From Utricularia gibba (taxonomy: Eukaryota; Plantae; Magnoliophyta), in the NCBI GenBank assembly GCA_002189035.1, contig CM007989.1, positions 8,308,001 to 8,372,000 of the forward strand: a DNA stretch of 64,000 bases, given 5' to 3'. Under the pieces are notes generated by a model. It was given only the letters and a program-made list of their open reading frames with translations. It did no database searches and was not told the origin of the DNA. Positions 1-11,658 of the stretch are shown here, piece by piece. Within the stretch, counting starts at the first letter, position 1. Every line of letters begins with the position of its first letter. The position numbers and the translations under genes were made by a program.

Positions 1-80
1 GTGCTCGGCCTTGTTCGTTGGTCGCCTCCATCACCTCCGACGCCGGCGTACTCAACTGTCTTAAGGGCTCACCCTGCTAA
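1..80 (+). CDS. 3' end of a pectate lyase (PL1 family), partial at window edge
   Basis: Frame from base 3 reads ARPCSLVASITSDAGVLNCLKGSPC* (TAA 78-80). This matches the typical plant pectate lyase C-terminus (ARPSSLV..IT..AG.L.C..G..C*). Confidence 0.75.
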   Translation, partial: ARPCSLVASITSDAGVLNCLKGSPC

Positions 81-275
81 AGCCTTGCAAAGCCGATAAG
101 TAAAAAAAAGATGTAATTTTGAAGTTTGGGGTAACAATGTTGTCTCAATGACTGCAAATTCTGCCTACAACATAAGGAAAAGTGCACTGGTTTTTGACAA
201 TTTTGGTGCCTAAAATGCAGAATATGTCTCAGTCACAGAAAGCAATCAGCAGTAGCTGCCTGCACGGCTCTGGGA

Positions 276-1394
276 TTAAAAGGCACACTGCCCTGCTCGA
301 ATTGGTATCTCCATGAGAGCCTCTGGGTGAAACTTCATGATCTCATCCATAATCCTACCCCGGAGTTCTTTCTCTCCGATGCAGTCATTGACATCTACGA
401 GCATTCTGTCCATTGCCGGACGAAAATAAGCGTTTTTGAAGCCTTTGTGGAAGTAAGGATGCTGAAGAGCCGCCTCGGCCGTAATCCTTTTTGATGGATT
501 CAGAGCAAGCAAATTAGATAAGAGATCAATCGCCAGTGGGTCAGCTTCCGGGAACAGAGAAGCAAATCTGGCTTCCTCTGCATGACTGGCTGATTTCACG
601 AGCATCAGCACCTCAGGGTGGTCTATGAAATAATCCGTCTTGGATTCGAAGCCGATGGTTTCCAGTATGAGTTCCAGTTGATGTCTTGTGTTTTTTCCTG
701 GGAAAAGCGGCCTTCTACCGAGAAGCTCTCCGAATATGCACCCTGCTGACCAGACATCAATGGCGGCATTGTAGTTCCGGCAGCTAAGCAGAAGCTCCGG
801 CGCCCGATACCTCCTTGTTACAACATAATCTGTCTTCAACACCCCTGTCCCAGACGCAGTTATCGCCTGCCCCATATCACCGATTTTCAGATGACAATTG
901 CTGTTGATGAATATGTTCGCCGGCTTCAAGTCCCTGTGAAGAACATTGGCAGAGTGCAGATACGCCAAGCCACTCAGTATCTGATACATGATGCATTCAC
1001 AGTGGGCTTCGCGCAGCTGGAGAGGGGACCGGATGATGCTATCGAGATCGGTGTCCATCAGCTCGTAGACCATATAAACATCATTGAAATCTGCCGGGCT
1101 CCCCGGAATCATCACTTCCTTCAGCGATATCAGATTCACGTGACTCAGATTCCTCAACAAGATGATCTCCCTTACAATCTGGGCAGCATCCTCCGGACAT
1201 TCGAACACGCCGGCAATCTTCTTGATAGCCACCTTTTCTCCGGTTTCTTGGTTGATGAATGAAGCCACCACCCCGAATGATCCTTGGCCGATTATCTTCA
1301 ACGGAGCGTATTTGGCGTCGACTTCGAAAGATGGCCCGTTTTTGTGCGTGTACACCTTCTTCATCGGCACCACGTAGTACTGGTCCATCTCCAT
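276..1394 (-). CDS. Intronless, divergent mitogen-activated protein kinase (~372 aa), group C-like scaffold with a TDY activation motif
   Basis: GQGSFG Gly loop, VAIKKI, HRDLKPAN, DMG in place of DFG, TDYVVTRRYRAPELLL, IDVWSAGCIF, RITAEAALQHPY. First in-frame ATG is at 1394; the ORF-track start at 1589 is TTG. Confidence 0.93.
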   Translation of the reverse strand: MEMDQYYVVPMKKVYTHKNGPSFEVDAKYAPLKIIGQGSFGVVASFINQETGEKVAIKKIAGVFECPEDAAQIVREIILLRNLSHVNLISLKEVMIPGSPADFNDVYMVYELMDTDLDSIIRSPLQLREAHCECIMYQILSGLAYLHSANVLHRDLKPANIFINSNCHLKIGDMGQAITASGTGVLKTDYVVTRRYRAPELLLSCRNYNAAIDVWSAGCIFGELLGRRPLFPGKNTRHQLELILETIGFESKTDYFIDHPEVLMLVKSASHAEEARFASLFPEADPLAIDLLSNLLALNPSKRITAEAALQHPYFHKGFKNAYFRPAMDRMLVDVNDCIGEKELRGRIMDEIMKFHPEALMEIPIRAGQCAF

Positions 1395-2130
1395 CTCGAT
1401 GTCTGCTCTGCTCTGATGAAGAAGAAGAATAAGAAGAAGATTGAGAGCGACGATCCAAAAATATGATGGTGGCGTTAGGGAATTATGGGAACTAAATAAT
1501 TCCTTAATAAGCGCATCAGGTAAGATTACAGATACGAAAGGGATTTTTTTTGGGAGTTCTGCTTGGATTCTTAAATACTTTCTATCCAATCAAAAAAGGC
1601 CACGTTATATATTTGCAGATGCACCTCGCCGCACTGGAATATTTCTGTTAGAGTGCGAATCTCGTTCCCGCCCAATTACTGTTACGTCAATTTACAAAAG
1701 TACCCATGAAAATCCTTCGTCTGATTTTCGAGTCGCTGCCAGCCGTCGGATCACAAGCCAGAGTAAGAGGCTATCCGTTGAACAGAAACCCTAGCCTCTG
1801 TCTCAGCTAACTGCCGCAAAGTAAGAAATTTCAAATGTTTGAAAAAGGACGATGGAACGCAGCCTCCGAAGGGGATGACCGTTTGTTCATCTTTCCGGAA
1901 TCCTACGTGCGGTTCCAATTCTGAAAATTTACTGCGGTTTTTATGTGGATGAGAATTTGGGAGGGATTCGAGTGCCCGAAAGCTTATTCGTCTAGGATTT
2001 GAAAGATTTGGATTATATAGCGAATCGACGTTTCTTGATTGTGAGAATTTGGATATTTGACGGTTTTTTTGGGTGTTGAATTGGGAGGCTTTTCGTCGCT
2101 TTTGGAAACAATTTGCTGCAGGTTTTAGTG

Positions 2131-4487
2131 ATGCAGCAGAGCGAGTCTCCTGCGGCGGCGTCGACCGTCGTTAGGCAGCTGGATTTCGCCACCAATTTGA
2201 ACCCTATGATTCTGCCGGGGCATCCGCAGGCTCAGTTGGAGTTGAAGTTGCGTGTATTAGCACAATCGCCGCCGAGGATGGCGGCGATGCCGCATTGGGA
2301 GACGGTGATGCGTCCTAAATCTCCCAAAAAGGAAATGATTCTGGTGACTAAACCGCTCGAATCGGCGGCCGCTGTGGCTGAATTGAGTCTCCCGGTGGAG
2401 CCAGGTTTCCTACACTACTCTGCTTTGCAGCGGCCATTGGTGTAAGTTTTTCAATCCTTATGAACCGTGGCTTCTTCTGTGCTTATTTGTCCACCATTTA
2501 AATGTGAACATGGTGAAATACTTGTGTTACCTTGGATTGTTTATGTGCAACATTTTTTTTCCCGTTTTTCATCAATGGTGTGGCTTCGCTTCCAGATCAA
2601 AAAAAACTACTGAAATTCATCAGAGGAGTAATCCTGAACATGCTTATGTTACTCCAAACAAGAAGAAGAAATGCAGTTGCAAGAACTCCAGATGCGTGAA
2701 GCTGTAAGTTCTGCACTCCACTTAAACAAACCAGGCATCTTCTGCATGTTTTCAACTCACTTAACTGAAGGTGCGGAATAGTAATTATGCTCTTCAGTGA
2801 CTATACAGATTAGCTCCTGCGGTAGCATGCAGTTCTGTTTATTTATGGATAAATTGCTGCCATCATTAGATGTAATAAAGTGGGTGTAATGCAGATACTG
2901 TGAATGCTTCGCCTCCGGGATATACTGTGATGAATGTAATTGCATCAATTGCTGCAACAAGATTGAGTTTGATGAGTGTAGGAGAGATGCTATTAGGACA
3001 ACGTTAGAGAGGAAACCTGATGCCTTCAAATCAAAGATGGCCAGCAGTCCTGATCATGCGGTTGGTACAAGACATTATGATAAGAGAGTCTCCCCATCTG
3101 CATTTACGAAAACTTATATCTGGGATGCAGGTAGAGCATAACAGGGGATGCAACTGCAAGAAAACATCTTGCCTCAAGAAGTACTGTGAGTGTTACCAGG
3201 CCAATACGTTGTGCTCTGAGAAATGCAAGTGTGTTGGTTGCAAAAACTACGAAGGAAGTGAAGAAAACATCTTGCATCAAGCATATTCAATTGCATTTCA
3301 GCAACCAAGAACAGTTGCATTTAATGATGCCTTTGGATCTCCACACAAAAAGATCAATACCCTGGAATTCGGTTTCAGTGATTCAATACATAGGCAAGGG
3401 AGTATCCACCTCCCACATCTGGATCAGGTATTTATCCTATGTGAATATGAATGCCTTAACCTATGGACAAAAAACAATGCTTTCTTCGAGTTGCTTCATA
3501 TTAGAGTTATCGAAAATTTATTCACAAATACAATTGGCCAAACACTCATTTACATGACCTTTCCTGCTCCGTCTCGTGAACACTTGTTCTCTTTCAGAAT
3601 GCCACCTTCTCAATGAGTGATATATCCTACGCTCCAGTGTCCAAGCGCATTTGCAAACCAGCAGCGCAGCATCCGAAACACTCATACAGGTTATTGCTAT
3701 GATTTGTTATCGAAAAACTTAAATTTTCTAGATGGTGTTCTTCTGTTGTGATTCAGACGGCTTTCTTCCCATGACTAAAGGTCTATGTTGTCTGGTATTC
3801 TCCAAGAAGAACACATTCAGAACTTGTGCACTACGATGATTAATGCTACAGCACAACCACCAAAGTGTCTTTCCGGTATGTATCTATCCCCAGGGCTCTC
3901 TAAGAATCCTAAACTGCATGGTCTTGTTGGGATGATGTGGTTTGCGGGTAGCTCGCTAGTCTGCACCTAACTTATCAGCCTCCATTATCAATATCCCAGA
4001 TAAGAAGAACGGTGTGGATCCGGGTGTGGTTGAAGTCACAGCATGCTCATCCCGAGAGGATAAAGAAGATGAAAACAAGAATAGCATCGCGATTTCCTCC
4101 AACCAATCAGATCCTCCCGTTGTTCCCGACAGAATGCCACTGTCTCCTGAAACACAAGCACTGATCTGTGATGAGCAAGCAAGGACATTCATGCGACTTG
4201 AGGCTCCTTCAACAACCCAGGAATCTGCCAAATCCGCTACGGAAATACAGCCAAGTGAATCTGCTTATATCGAGCAAGAAAGGCTCGTGCTTACCCATTT
4301 CTGCAACTTCCTCAACACGATCATTACGCGTGGCTCCATTCGAGGTGATCAATCAATCCTACCCCCCCATGTCACCTCACAAGCATCCATCCTCCTCCCT
4401 CTTTATTTGCTTACGGGCGGCCGCATAGCTTGATAACCTCTAAGTTCCTCATCTGCAGAATCGAAGATGGAATTGGATCCAGAGTAG
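2131..4487 (+). CDS. Tesmin/TSO1-like CXC (CPP/TCX) transcription factor, ~8 coding exons
   Basis: N-terminal RQLDF motif. CXC1 is [15 protein letters not shown]|[21 protein letters not shown] and CXC2 is [41 protein letters not shown] introns join in frame; last exon ends SKMELDPE* at 4487. Confidence 0.9.
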
Positions 4488-4887
4488 AAGAGGCCTGGCG
4501 TATTTCCTTTTCACCTTTCTTGTCTTGCCAACAGGGAAATCACCCCTCACATTCAATCAAGAGTTCACTCTCCGGTATAAGCTCTAAAATCAGTTTCCAA
4601 AGTCCTATTTTTTTTAATATAAGAATACATAAAGTTTTGAAAAATCCCTCTTGAAGTTGCAGAAGGAATACAAGCCTTCGCAGCATCTCATAAGGCATTC
4701 CCTCCACCCTAAACAAATCAATGGAAGCATCTCGCTTAATCCGGTGGCATGGCATGCATATGAATCTCACTTGAACACAAAACTGCTTGAGTAGCGTAGC
4801 TGACAGACACCCGCAAATTCGAAGGGAGCAAAAGATATATGATGCGGGTATAAGGTTAGCAGCAGGCAAAATGCCGGCATCTCGCCT

Positions 4888-7800
4888 TCATGTTCTTCCT
4901 GCTTTACCTGGTGTGCTTTTTCCTGGCTTGAATTTAGAGATATCTACAAGGTCTCCGAATAGCTTGTCCTCTGGCTTTGGAGGCCTCACTGAACGAGTAT
5001 AGGGTTTGGCATTAGAATTGGATAGTGTGCTGTTGTCCTGCAGAGACAACCCATGCATACTGTGCTGAAGGAACTGTGGGTTTTGGAATTGACTTTGGCC
5101 AGGGCCATGGCCATGGCCATACCCATACCCATATCCACCGGTATGATCACTGTATAGTGGCTGATCGTACATATTACCCATTTGACCAGGCATCATTTGG
5201 TGCGGATGCATAACCTGTGGGAAATGGCCCTGAAAGGGTTGAGGCTGCATGCCCAACATTTGATTGCTGCTGTGCATAGCTTTGACTGCTGTTGGATCGC
5301 CATTGTACATGGTAGCTGCCTGGTCATTTACGATTGCTGATCCTGTGACGTAGGCACCGTGCGGGGATGAAAGGGTGTAACTGTCTGGGACATGCACCTG
5401 TTGGGGTTGGCTAACACTGGGCAGACCGTCGTCTAACTGTGCTTCCCAGGGAGGGGGAGGGAGCTCGCCGCTTTGAGCACCTAACAAGGTAAAAGCAGCT
5501 GTTTATGTGCAAATCCTTTCGAGGATTAAATTTGTGATGGGTGAGAAAGGGGACGAATTCGTTGTGAAGCATTGCATCATGTAAGTTTCAAGATCATGGC
5601 TTACCGTAAACTGGTGAGGCCGACTGTTCTTGATGGACCGCCTGACCAATCCAAGGGGCAGCAGAAACTGGAATGGGACCAGAGACATTGCCGTTCGAGT
5701 AAAAAGATGCTTCTGGAGACTGGAAACTCGGTTGCAAAACTTGGGCTTGTCCAACAGGACTTAGAGATTGATGTCCAGTATTCTGAGAGGAGAAATCAGA
5801 AAGGGCGACAGAATTGTTGTTGGATGCAACGGCGCTTGGTGGCTGAGTCTCTCCCACGGGCACAATCGCTAGTGAGCTTGATGTAGGCGAAGCAAAGTTA
5901 TCTCCACTCAACAGATCTATCATTGGCTCCACCTTCACCAAATCTGTTACCTGGTTGCTGGTTTTTGGAGTGGTGGGAATCGCTGATTGTAGTCCCAGGC
6001 TTGTACTGGCTGCAGTGCTGAAAAAATGTATACATATCCATGAACAATGTACTTCTCTTTTGAATGCCAAAAAATAAGTGAAGATGATCACCATCCGATG
6101 CGCATATACCTCTTAGCAAGTGGTTTGCTATCATCAGTGTCAACAGGAGGGGAATCAACAGGCACCAGAGCTAAAGAATGTCCAACTTCCACCTTCTGTG
6201 GAATAGAGGTAGTTCCGGAGGCAATTGACTCGTACTTAGCAAGAAGACGCTGCAAATCATCATTCAGTGCCAACCCTTGGCACAATAGTGATTCCTCACT
6301 ATATAGAAAAAACAGCAGAAAATTATTCTATGGTGAAGGCATAGAGTATTAAAAAAAGAGAAAGTTTATGAAAAAAAACAAGATAAGCAAGAAAACTACA
6401 CCAGTCCTTACGCTATTGAGTTCACAAAATGGACTACCCTTCGCTTGTAGGTACGACATTGTTCCACCAAATCAACAATAACCTCCTGTTTAAGCCCCTG
6501 TTACATAATCACTAACTTTTCATACTGAAAGTCCATGAAACTGAATCCAACAAAATAGTGGGTAAAGCACTCTGTGTTACTGCGTCATTTTAAAGGGTGT
6601 CTTGCATCATAAAATTGAAAACTTTTCTACCTCTTTGTTACTGGGATCTAAGGCGCTCAACATTTCAGCAAGGACTTCCATGATACCACGTGCATTTTGT
6701 AATTCAGACACGCTGAGATAATAAGCAGCCAACTTAAAAACCATCAAGTTGGAAATGTGCTGAGACTGTTAAAAGGAAATATGTATCATATACAGAATCT
6801 TATATACAAAACACACCTCAAAGTTGGAAATTCGGCTTCTGCAGAGGACTCGGCCTCATCTGTTCTAGATTCAGATTTACGAATGTTTTGTGGATAAGAT
6901 GACAGCGGATGTGTCTGTGGTGGCGTGAACAATGGAGCTGACCCCTCAGGTCTCTGGGGGAAGACCACCCCGAGATTCTAAAAAGATCCATTTATAGAAT
7001 ATAAATCAGTAAACATAAAAAGAGATGGGAAAACAGCAAACAGACAAAGTGGAGGAAAAGCATACTAATAAATCCCGGTATGCAGCGTAGTATTGGGGAT
7101 ATTTGGCCCTGTCTCCTCCAAAAGCTTCTTGCCACGTATCTAACAGAATCAATATCTTCTCTTTTACATGTATATCAGGCTGCAGTGACAAGTTCAAGAA
7201 CTCTAAATGAAAGAAAATGATATTGCCGAGGTATAACAAGCAATTACCAATTTACCTTCTTCTTCACTATTTTCACCATGTCATGAGGCAAATCTTTCTC
7301 TGCAACATGCATATGAACGATATCACCACAATTCTTCACAATAGTCTCCAACAGCTAATAAAGAGTACAATAGTTTGCCATCAGTGAAAAGAACTTTTAG
7401 CAAGAACATCATCATCAGAGGTATGACAATGCTAATTAATACAAACAAAGCTGAGACAAGGCCACGCATTATCCAAAATAAGCGAACTTACGGTTAAGGC
7501 AAGAAGCTGAGATTTTGGAGTTTTGCTAGCTAGACGTTTCTTTATGCCTTTGACGACATCCTTTGCTTGCCTGATTGAACAAAGAATCGAATTTAAGATG
7601 TAAAGACCCACTGCAAAAGAAAGTAGCTAAACACACCGACGCTTAGGAAGGATGAAAATCTATCCAACAAATTCCAACGTGGGGATACAAATCCATCGCC
7701 ATAAACCTCTAGCTTCCAAAAACCAAATCCTTGTAATCCCATAGTGACGCAGACTTGCAACTATTCAACATACCTCAGCGAAACAAAACAAAAAAAAAAA

Positions 7801-8016
7801 AAAAAAAAAAAACGCCACCGGAATACTCCGACTGTGCAGCTCTTGACGCCGTAAGCGGAAATCGCAAAAGATCAAACAAAACCGAGGAGGAGAAGAAAAA
7901 AGAAGCGAGATTTACTCAGGATCGTGATTGCAAACATCACAGATCTCAATATTCATCGCCCAATCAGGACCAATAAGCATGCCGCTGGTCGCCCTCTCCA
8001 CCAGAGAATTCACCAT
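4888..8016 (-). CDS. TOL: TOM1-like (TOL) VHS-GAT ESCRT-0-like protein
   Basis: Exon 1 [34 protein letters not shown]; exon 2 [26 protein letters not shown]; [18 protein letters not shown]; VFPQRP; GAT motif [23 protein letters not shown]; C-terminal [12 protein letters not shown]. Confidence 0.92.
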
Positions 8017-8689
8017 CCTGACCTCCGTCAGACAGCAAAACTCTCCCCGTAGTAAAAAAAAATAAAAAAAAGTAGTCCTTGTAGAAAATCAAAAGTTTCC
8101 ACCTACGATGGCGCCACTGATTCCTCTGTTGATGAAAAAAATCGGAAAATAAAGCAACCTACGCAGGAGATACGATCGTTGAGTTCAAGTTGCGATGAAA
8201 AGGTTCTTTTACGGGCAAAATGCTTCTTGTATTGATACCTTGGCCAATCATATAAGCCCACGTGGGAGCGTCCCTCTCGTAGCACCCTCAGATTCGCCGC
8301 CGACTATCGGCATCGACTGCCCCGTTTCTTAGAAAAAATGGCGACGACCTCCGGAAGGCGTTCATCCCGAGACAAGCGCAAGAGATTTTTCGTGAGGAGA
8401 AGGAAGCCATTGTAGAAGCTGCAGATTTTCGCCGACTGTAATCTGCTGGAAGAATGGGGTTTCCCGATAACAATTTGAGGAACGCGGGTTGACTGCACAA
8501 TCCTCGGGTGAAGAAGACGAACTCAGCCAACACAGTATCATCACCTGAGATTGGCTGTGATATTTCTATTTTTAGATTCATAAACTTAAAAAAACAAATT
8601 TGCAAAAGAATTCAAAGGGAAATCCAAACTGCCACCATGCCACAGACAAACTACCAGAGAACCAAATTGCTTGTGTTGAGGACCTTATC

Positions 8690-9411
8690 CCACCAAAATG
8701 GCGACCGCCCCTCTGCCGCTTCCCACGCTTGTGAAGCGTATCTTGAGCATTCATGACGTATAGAAAGGAAGGAAAATAAAGGAACGCGTGTCAAAAACTG
8801 AGCAGCCTTTTACCTTCCACGATTGTTCTGGAGATTTCCTCTGTGCTTGTCCTGTTTGGCGCGTAGTTGACTCCAATGCTACTGCTCCGCATCGCCTAAT
8901 GCCGAAGGTTGTCCTCATCAACCAACCAAAAAGCAGCCAAAGATTGGATGGGAAGGCTAAGCATGAGTTTTGTTCCAAACCTGTGACAGGATACAGGGTT
9001 GCAATGGAAGTTCTTGACAACTAGGCCACCTTCCTTGGCGAGCACCGCAGCATCTCGAGCTTTCTGATCACCTTCTGCTTCTTCAAATCTGACGTATCCA
9101 GATTCGGACCCAATCTTGAAGCCAAAATATCCAAAGTCTTTGGCATCGAACAAAGAAAAAAAACAAGCACTGCGAATGTGTATAACATTACTCCCATCAT
9201 CACTCTACGCCAAGGTCTTCTTGAGAAAAGCATCTCTAGGTAGGTTACTGTCGCTGAAATAGAACTCCACATGACCAGAGTCATCGCCAGACTAAGATCG
9301 CAATCCCTTAACCATGAAATGAAGGTTTCAAACTATTCGACACTGAATCACCTGATGTATAACTTTCTTCGCAGTTTCTTCGTCCAACGATGTCGCCGAC
9401 GCCGTCGCCAT
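8690..9411 (-). pseudogene. La1: La protein (La1) pseudogene
   Basis: MATASATSLDEETAKKVIHQ, intron, then VEFYFSDSNLPRDAFLKKTLA*SDDG (TAG 9205-9207). The acceptor before VEF is CAT instead of CAG. RRM1 is absent. The xRRM fragment FKIGSESGYVRFEEAEGDQKARDAAVLAKEGGLVVKNF has a +1 frameshift before IATLYPVTG. Confidence 0.88.
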
Positions 9412-9641
9412 GACTCCCGGTCGTAAGGTGGTGAGGACGAGATTTTTGTAGATCGAAGCGCTGAGAAATCTGATATTCCCTTTTTCGTCCCTATAAGCCC
9501 CCAACCCAGTCAACTGTTTTGGGCCTCAAAATCCGGCCCATTCGTTTCTTCCCGTTTGTTTTTTGACATTTTTTAATTACATTCATTTAAAAAATATATT
9601 ATTCTATATTGTGAAAATCAATAAAATTGAAAAAAAAAAAT

Positions 9642-10518
9642 TTAGTTCACCATGAAGGTTCCACAAACCTCGGCAAAAACATCGTAAATAATGGCATGAT
9701 ACGAGACATGATTGAGATGCAAGAAACACAGCAGCAGCCTCTTCAGATCCTCCGCCGCAAACATCTTCTTCGTGGAGATCATCTCCACCATCGACTCTCT
9801 GAAATCTCCACGAGGGTCGTCCGATCTCTTTACCACCGCGTAGCTGCCTCCAACCACCCCACTGTAGTCCGCTACCCGGCGGGTATTCCGACGCCGGTGT
9901 CTAGCCCTGGACGCCCGTCTGCTCTTGGAATAATAAGCCCTAGTTGAGCTTCTATCCCATCCCAACCCGTCTCCACCTGCAAAACCAACAATAACACATT
10001 CAATTCAGTATATATTTTTTTGTTTTTGGAGGAGGTGGTGGTGTATATGTTGACAAAATTACCAGCAGCTGTAATTGGGGTGGAGTTAGGCGCAGGCTGT
10101 TTCTTGGTTTCTCCGGTGGGAATCTTGTGGGCGACGATGGTTGGCTTCCGGTCTCTGCATCGGCTTATGACAGCATCGAACGAAACGGTGGTGATCTCTT
10201 CCGGGGTTCTCCGGCTGGCTAACGAGTCGCAGGAAACAGATGAAAGGCTACGAAAAGGCTCGCTCCCGGCATCGGGGCTGGTGAACCAGCCGCTGTCCAG
10301 GGAGTAGCTTCGGCTGACACGGCGATCGCCGCAGCCCGGGAGAGTTCTCCGGGCACGATGATGATCCCGCCTGGAAGACTGGGAACCCTTGTAGCAGCTT
10401 TGGGGGTTTTATTGGGAACTGGTGACCTTTCTGCAACATCGGAAAGGAGGCGGAGGAACTGACAGGAAGTGAAAGAAGAAGGGAAAAAGCGAGAGAGCTT
10501 CTGCTTCACGTCTTTCAT
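9642..10518 (-). CDS. OFP: OVATE family protein (OFP7/OFP8-like), 2 exons, with an apparent 1-bp frameshift near 10402-10406
   Basis: C-terminal OVATE domain AVVKRSDDPRGDFRESMVEMISTKKMFAAEDLKRLLLCFLHLNHVSYHAIIYDVFAEV. N-terminus MKDVKQKLSRFFPSSFTSCQ..LSDVAE. The conserved middle SGWFTS..FRSLSSVSCDS is in a different frame. GT-AG intron at 9977-10062. Confidence 0.85.
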
Positions 10519-11658
10519 GGCGCTGAAAGTGTTGAGCAGTGCAGCATATAAAATCCAATCCCATTTTTATATAGCATCAACAATTTTTCAAATTTTGAAT
10601 TCACTGGAAAAACAAAAATCAATTTGAAAAAAACGAGAAAATGAAAACTCGAGTGCATTATTATTATTTTACCTCCGGAAGCATCTTGAGCAGAAGAGAT
10701 AGTTCCAAGGAAGGCGATTTGAAATTGGGAGGCAGTTTCTGGGAAATCGTACAGTTTCCAAAAGCTACCAGACAGGTTTCATTCACAAGTCAGCCACAAA
10801 AATTTACTTTTGTTTGCAATGACGTCCGGCGTTGAAAGCACTGCGCCAAGCCAACCACATCGGATTACGCTCTGTCTAGTCGCGATTGGACAGACGCTTA
10901 CCCAGCACAAGGCCCGGCGGGTTTCCCTTCTGTCGTCGGCGTGTGCATGTGCCGCCGCCTCCACAACCCTACATCCAGATACCAACACAAATTTCAAAAG
11001 TGTACAGAAGAAGGAAGCGGCACGCAGATCGGGGCGGCAGAAGCCGTCTTCATACCTTTGGAATCGCAGCAGGCAGACGAACGAAGACGGAATGGATTGA
11101 ATAGGGGTTTCCACATTCAAACTCCAACTCCGGTTTGCCGGCCACAATGATGCACTTTTAAATCACCATCTCATTATAATTTAATGATAAAATTACCTTT
11201 TCTATAAAAATTATTAAATAAAAAATAAACAATTTAATTATGATTTACATAGCATATTACTATTTTTTTTTACAATTTTAAAAAATCATGTAATCGTACT
11301 GTTGGACCCGTGGACGTGGGGCACGGCGCAGGAGAGAAGCGCACACTTGACTCATTATGATGTCGCCGGCGCGCGCCAGCAGCTACACAACAAAGAAAAC
11401 ATGTGTTGAACAGTTCCGGTGTGTCGAATCGGGAGTCAAATCAACATCACTAGAAACAAAACAAGTTACTGGGTATGGGTTCCGGCCACCGTGCCGGAAT
11501 GACACGATCTTGATCTCCGATGGCTCAGCTGGCATGCCTCCAACCTTGCTTGTGTTTTTGATGTTACTGGGTTCCCTTTAAAACTTACGAGGAGAACGAA
11601 TCCAGGACAACACGAATGAGAATGATGAAGATCATGCAGATACAGGGGAAGAGGAGTG

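Noticed and set aside
1395-1589. 65-aa hydrophobic N-terminal extension of the MAPK ORF (possible membrane anchor)
   Set aside because: The track start is TTG with no ATG before 1394. The Leu run comes from a (CTT)n-type UTR microsatellite.
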